Source: the human T2T-CHM13v2.0 reference genome, Homo sapiens. Taken from it: DNA of 64,000 bases. This document shows, in pieces, positions 57,839 through 64,000 of the stretch (position 1 is the first letter of the stretch; each line of letters opens with the position of its first letter). The DNA lies in NCBI RefSeq assembly GCF_009914755.1, contig NC_060932.1. The stretch is one strand, 5' to 3'. The position numbers and the translations under genes are program-made. Under the pieces are notes generated by a model. The model was given only the letters and a program-made list of their open reading frames with translations. It searched no databases and was not told where the DNA came from.

Positions 57839-60129
57839 ACACTTCTGATCAATCAATTATTAACAAGTAGAGCAATTTTAAAAATTCAGTTCTTCTTGTT
57901 AAAGATACAACAATAGAATTCAAAAACAGGAGTTTTGAGTAAGTTACAAATCATGACGCCACATTTGGTCTGCTGTGGGCCTCTGCAACTTACAGAACAT
58001 GTCAGAAGATGCATCAAAATTCCATTGGAGAAATTTACACTTAAAATTAAATTCAAACTTCCATAAAACTGATTTGCTTAAACAGTTATATGCTTTGAAA
58101 AAAATAGCTCCACAAGAACCACCAGCTACAGATATACTAAAATTTGTGTCAAAATAGTTTATCCCAATATTGTCAGAGTTTAGATAATATTCCAGAAACA
58201 GTTGCTTCAGCAGATTCTTTTCAGAAGAAAAAATGAAGTTGCTCAAGGTATAAAGTTTGATGACCTAATAAATTAATTGCAGAAAAGTTGGCCAGAAAAA
58301 TTGTTTGATTCATCTAGATCCAATTAATAAAGTATTATTATTTATTCTATTAAAACTGTGACACTGGTTTCTGGTGGGGATTTATATGATTCTGTTCTTA
58401 CTCTTCTAGAAGTATTATCCCTATTACACTTTTCAAATGATGAAACATACTGGCTTGAGAAAGCTGAATACCCTCCTGCCTTTCACGACACTTTCTTCTG
58501 CTGCTCTTTGAACAAGGCGCCCTGCATTTCCACTTTGCACTGAGCCTTGGGAATTTTGCAGCCGGCCTTGCCGTGGCCATTTTTATACAAGTTATCTCAT
58601 TTAATCCTCAGAAGCAAACATGCCAGGGGGTTATTACCCAAGTTTACAGAGGCAGGTCCTGGGGCCTAGAAAGGTTAGAGGACATGTTCAATGTCATCTG
58701 ACTACTAAGTGGCAGAGATGGAATTTGAAATAAAATCCCTCTCTCTTCAAAGCCCATGTTCCTAACCAGCACCACACAATCACCATGGTGTCCTGATAAC
58801 CTCCCCTCTTCATCCTCCTACAACCCCAAAGCTACAGTAACGCTCTGCGTAAGGCCAGAGTCCACGCGGCTACTGTCACCCTCTCCCATCTCCTGAGCTG
58901 AGCGGTGAGTCCACAGCCTGGCCCGGCCTTGCAGGAGGTGAGGGAATGAGCGCGCAGTTACTGCCACCTCGTGGCGGCCTGACTACATGACCCTGAAACG
59001 CAGACCTAATCTGTTTCCTGCCTGCCTGAAGCCTGGGTGTGCACCTGAGACTTCTAGTAATTTCCTTTTTCCCCTTAAGGAACCTATCGAGAGTTCTCAC
59101 AATTTTATGCATTCTCTCAAGCAAGTAGCTTTCGTTTATTTATTTTTAATATTCTCTTTTGTGTCCACATTCTTTTTTATTCACTCGTTTTCCTATTTAC
59201 TTTCAGCTTAATTAGTTCTTTTTTCCCCAGGTTTTTTACAATGGAATATTAGATTGTCTATTTCTGAGCTTTCGACTTCGCATCATAATAGCAGTTAATG
59301 TTATCAATTTCCCTCCAAGCACTGCTTTTGTTGTATTGCCACAAATTTTGGTATGTTATGTTTCCATTTGCTGTCATGTGAAAATATTTTTAAATTTCTC
59401 CTTTGACTCATTAGAAATATGTTGAGTAATGTCCAAATATGTGAGGAATTTTCCAGCTATTTTCCTTTAGTCACAGCTTCATACATTCCACTGTGGATAG
59501 ACATTACGCTACATATGATTTTAAATTGTTTTGATTTTTTTGTTTCTTAGTCCAATATGAGCTCTCTTAGGTAATATTTCAATGCATTTTACTGTTATTG
59601 GGAGGAGTGTCCTGTAAAGCTTATATAGGTCATAATGGATGATACTGTTGTTCAAGTTCTCTCTATCTTTATTTATACTTTGCTGCTAAAAAAACTATTT
59701 CAAAGAAAAAAGTGTTGAAATATTCAATGGTAATTCTTAATTTTTCAATTTCTTCTCTTAGTTCTATCAATTTCTTTTTAAAAATTTTGAGATTCTCTTA
59801 TTAGGTGCATACTAATTTAATAATAATGATATGTGTTCTTGGTGATTTAACAACTTTATCACTGGAAAACATAGGCTCTTTATCAGTAATAATACACCTT
59901 GCTGTAAAATCTACTTTGATTTATAGTCAGTTAGCCGATACAGCTAATTCTGTTTTCATTAGATTAATGTTTCCATACTATAACTCTTTCTGTCCCTTTA
60001 CTATCAACCTATCTTTGTCCTTATATTTGATAAAGACATTGGGTTTTTATAGACAGCGTGTATTTGGGTCTTGTTTTATACTACAAGTTTGCTAGTGAGG
60101 AATTCTCTTAGTTTTTGTTATTGTCATTA

Positions 60130-60453
<324 letters not shown>

Positions 60454-60645
60454 TTATTACTGGAATATGTGTTTAGCATTAATCTAGAAATGTATTTTTG
60501 CTTGTCAGGGTCCTATGTTGACTTATTTTTCTTCTTTTGGTACTTAAATATGTCACTTTATTTTTTCTACTTCTGTAAGCAGTGTCTTCTCTCAGCATGC
60601 TTTTAAGATTTTCTCATTATTTTTGATTCAAAACAATTTGATTAT

Positions 60646-61073
60646 TGATATGGTTTGGCTCTGTGTCCCTACTCAAATCTCATCTGGAATTATAATCCCA
60701 TAATCCCCAGTGTTGGGGGGCAGGACCTGGTGGGAGGTGATTGGATCATGGGGAGGTGAATTCTGCCTTGCTGTTCTCATGATAGTGAGTGAATTCTCAA
60801 GAGATGTGATGGTTTTATAAATGGCAGTTTCCTTCTGTGCTTACTCTTGTGCTCTGTCTCTCTTCCTCTCTCTCTCTCCCTCTCTCTTTCGTCTGACACT
60901 GTGGAAGACTTGCTTGCTTCTGCTTCACCTTCCATCACGATTGTGAGATTCCTGAGGCCTCCTAGCCATGCTTTCTGTTAATCCAGCATAACTGGGAGTC
61001 AAAGAAACCTCTTTTATTTATAATTATCCAGTCTCAGGTAGTTCTTTATAGCAGTGTGAAAATGAACTTGTAT
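60646..61073 (+). mobile_element. MSTA-type MaLR LTR
   Basis: tgatatggtttggctctgtgtccc...ccagtctcaggtagttctttatagcagtgtgaaaatg. Confidence 0.88.
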
Positions 61074-61600
61074 AATTATGATATTCTTGTTCTTTTTTTT
61101 TTAAATAATTATTCTTCTTGGATGTCTTTCAATACCAAATTTGTATGTTTCCAGTCTCACCAAATTTATAAAAATAGGCTATTATTTCACTAACTTTATG
61201 CTTTCTCCTGGAATTTCTTTCTGCCTTCAAACACACATAGGTGCTAGATTGCTTGATATTTCTGTGAAGTGCACTGTTTATTTTTCATCCAGAGTTTTTT
61301 TCTCCCTTTGCTTCATTTTCTCATTTGTTTGTGTTAATGTAGACTCAGGCTTACTGATCCTTTCTTCTATACTGTCATGTGTCATTAATCCAATTCAGAA
61401 ATTTTTTTGTTCTCATCATTTTGTTTTACTGCTGGAAGGCCCATTTGGTTCTTTTTATGTGTTCCTCCTCATCAAAAAGGTTTTCTCTTCAGCCTTTGAC
61501 ATATTTATAACTTTTATAATAGCTCCTTTACATTCCCTTTTCTGATCCTAGTACCTTTGTCATTATTGGGTCTGTTTTTACTGAATGACTTTTCTCCTAG

Positions 61601-61958
<358 letters not shown>

Positions 61959-62392
61959 ACAGCTTGAATTGTTGAGTAACAGTTTTGGTTGTTTTCCCCA
62001 AAGAATGCTAGACATCATCTGGTTCATTTTGGGGGTTCTATACATTCATTTGGTTTTTTCAAGAATGGCTTGAAAATTTCTTGAAGCAGTTGCAGAGCAG
62101 TTTAATCTAGAGCTAACTAGCACCACTACTTGCTGATGGCTTTCTGAGGTTCTGAGTTCTCTCCACTTTGCTGTGGGGATACAAAGTTTTCAAGACTTGT
62201 CTGTCCTCCTGAAAATGCCGTTCACTCCCTTATGGAGTTTTTACTTTTTTCTGGCCTGGGGAAGTCTTAGCCCAAGTGTGCACACATCATAACATAGCCT
62301 AAGAGTGAAGGCATTCTTCTCTTCTCCAACACTCAAGATCAATGCTTCCTTTCAGTAGCCCACTCTCTGATATGTGCACTGGAAATTGGGGT

Positions 62393-63275
62393 CTGATACA
62401 GGTTGGATGTTTGTACTCTCCAAATACTATGTTGAAATGTAATTCCCAGTCTTGGAGGTGGGACCTGGCAGGAGGTGTTGGGGTCATTGGGGTGGATCCC
62501 TCATGAATGGCTTGGTGCTGTCCTGGAGATAATCTGTGAGCTCCTTCTTTGAGTCATGGGAGATCTGGTTGTTTCACACAGTGTGGCACCTCCCCAACTC
62601 TGGCTCCTTCTCCTGGCTTGTGATACTCCTGCTCCCCCTTCCCCTTCCTACACAAAAGGAAGCCTTCTGAGGCCTCAAAAGGAGCAGATGATGTCACCAT
62701 GCTACTCATACAGCCTACAGAATAGGGAGCCAAAATAAACTTCTTTTCCTTATGAATTACCCAGCATTAGGTATTCCTTTATAGGAGTAAAAACAAACTG
62801 ACACAGAAAATTGATACTGTGCAGGGGGCATTGCTGTAAAGACAGCTGAAAATATGGAAGTGGCTTTGTCACTGGGTACTGGCAGAGGTTGAAAGAGTTT
62901 GTAGGGCCCAGCAAAAGATAGGAAGATGAGGGAAAGTTTGGAACTCTTTAGAAACTTGTTAAATGTACGTGACCAAAATGCTCACAGAGATATGGACAGT
63001 GGAGTCCACACTATCAAGTTGTTAGATGGAAAAGTGGAAGTTACTGGGAATTAGAGCAAGGGTCCCCATTGTTACACCCCAGTCAAGAGCTTGGCTGCAT
63101 TGTGTTCACGTCCTAGGGATTTGTGGAAAGTTGAACTTTAGAGTGATTAGCTAGAGCATCTGGTCTAAGTAATTTCCAAGGAGCAAAGTATTCAAGATAT
63201 GTAGCTGCTTCTACAAGCTTGCAATCAGATACAGGAGCAAAGAAATGCTTTCAATTTGGAACTTAAAGGAGAAGC
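62393..63275 (+). mobile_element. MST-type MaLR LTR (~62393-62805) plus start of its internal region
   Basis: tgatacaggttggatgtttgt..., ending aaactgacaca, then gaaaattgatac..ggggcattgct (MaLR-int start). Confidence 0.82.
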
Positions 63276-64000
63276 TGTCAGGCGTCTCAGCCCAAGCCAA
63301 GCCATCGCATCCCCTGTGACTTGCATGTATACGCCCAGATGGCCTGAAGTAACTGAAGAATCACAAAAGAAGTGAATATGCCCTGCCCCACCTTAACAGA
63401 TGACATTCCACCACAAAAGAAGTGTAAATGGCCGGTCCTTGCCTTAAGTGACGACATTACCTTGTGAAAGTCCTTTTCCTGGCTCATCCTGTCTCAAAAA
63501 GCACCCCCACTGAGCACCTTGCAACCCCTACTCCTGCCCGCCAGAGAACAAACCCCTTTTGACTGTATTTTTCCTTTACCTACCCAAATCCTATAAAAGA
63601 GCCCCACACTTTTCTCCCTTCACTGACTCCCTTTTTGGATTCAGCCCACCTGCACTCAGGTGAAATAAACAGCCATGTTGCTCACACAAAGCCTGTTTGG
63701 TGGTCTCTTCACACGGACGCACATGAAATTTGGTGCCGTGACTTGGATCGGGGGACCTCCCTTGGGAGATCAATCCCCTGTACTCCTGTTTTTTGCTCCG
63801 TGAGAAGATCCACCTATGACCTCAGGTCATCAGACCGACCAGCCCAAGGAACATCTCACCAATTTTAAATCAGGTAAGCGGCCTCTTCTTACTCTCTTCT
63901 GCAACCTCTCTCACTGTCCCTCAACCACTTTCTCCTTTCCACTCTTCAATCTCTCCCTTCTCTTAATTTCAATTCCTTTCATTTTCTGGAAGAGACAAAG
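63276..64000 (+). mobile_element. HERV-H provirus 5' end: LTR7 (63276-63728), tRNA-His PBS (63731-63748), leader; continues beyond the window
   Basis: tgtcaggc..gcccaagccaagccatcgcatcccctgtgac start, cctataaaa TATA, end cacggacgcacatgaaa, PBS tggtgccgtgacttggat, major splice donor caggtaag at ~63871. Confidence 0.95.

Noticed and set aside
57880-58350. Possible hAT (Zaphod/Charlie-like) transposase remnant
   Set aside because: Similarity is too weak to call by eye; it needs a Dfam search.

Overview
This is primate, most likely human, genomic DNA from the segmentally duplicated 8p23.1 beta-defensin/REPD-type region; the locus and paralog names come from recalled protein sequences, not a search. 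Left to right it holds: the edge of an RS447 macrosatellite with a disabled USP17L copy (2807-4007, +); L1, Alu and Hsmar2 elements; a CpG island (probable FAM66-type lncRNA promoter); an intact 300-codon KRAB zinc-finger gene (ZNF705 family, best recalled match ZNF705G, minus strand, 5 coding exons); an intact two-exon DEFB108 ORF (+); an orphan defensin signal-peptide exon (-); a complete but disabled DEFB4-like defensin pseudogene (-) with a 5S rRNA pseudogene in its intron and a solo LTR7 upstream; and the 5' end of a HERV-H provirus. Most ORFs in the supplied track are spurious or repeat-derived. The most interesting items are (1) the orphan defensin exon, which if spliced to the ZNF705 ATG exon makes a 38-aa signal-peptide uORF ending 2 nt before the ZNF705 start codon, and (2) the DEFB4-like pseudogene, whose mature-peptide exon lies in the loop of a ~130-bp inverted repeat.
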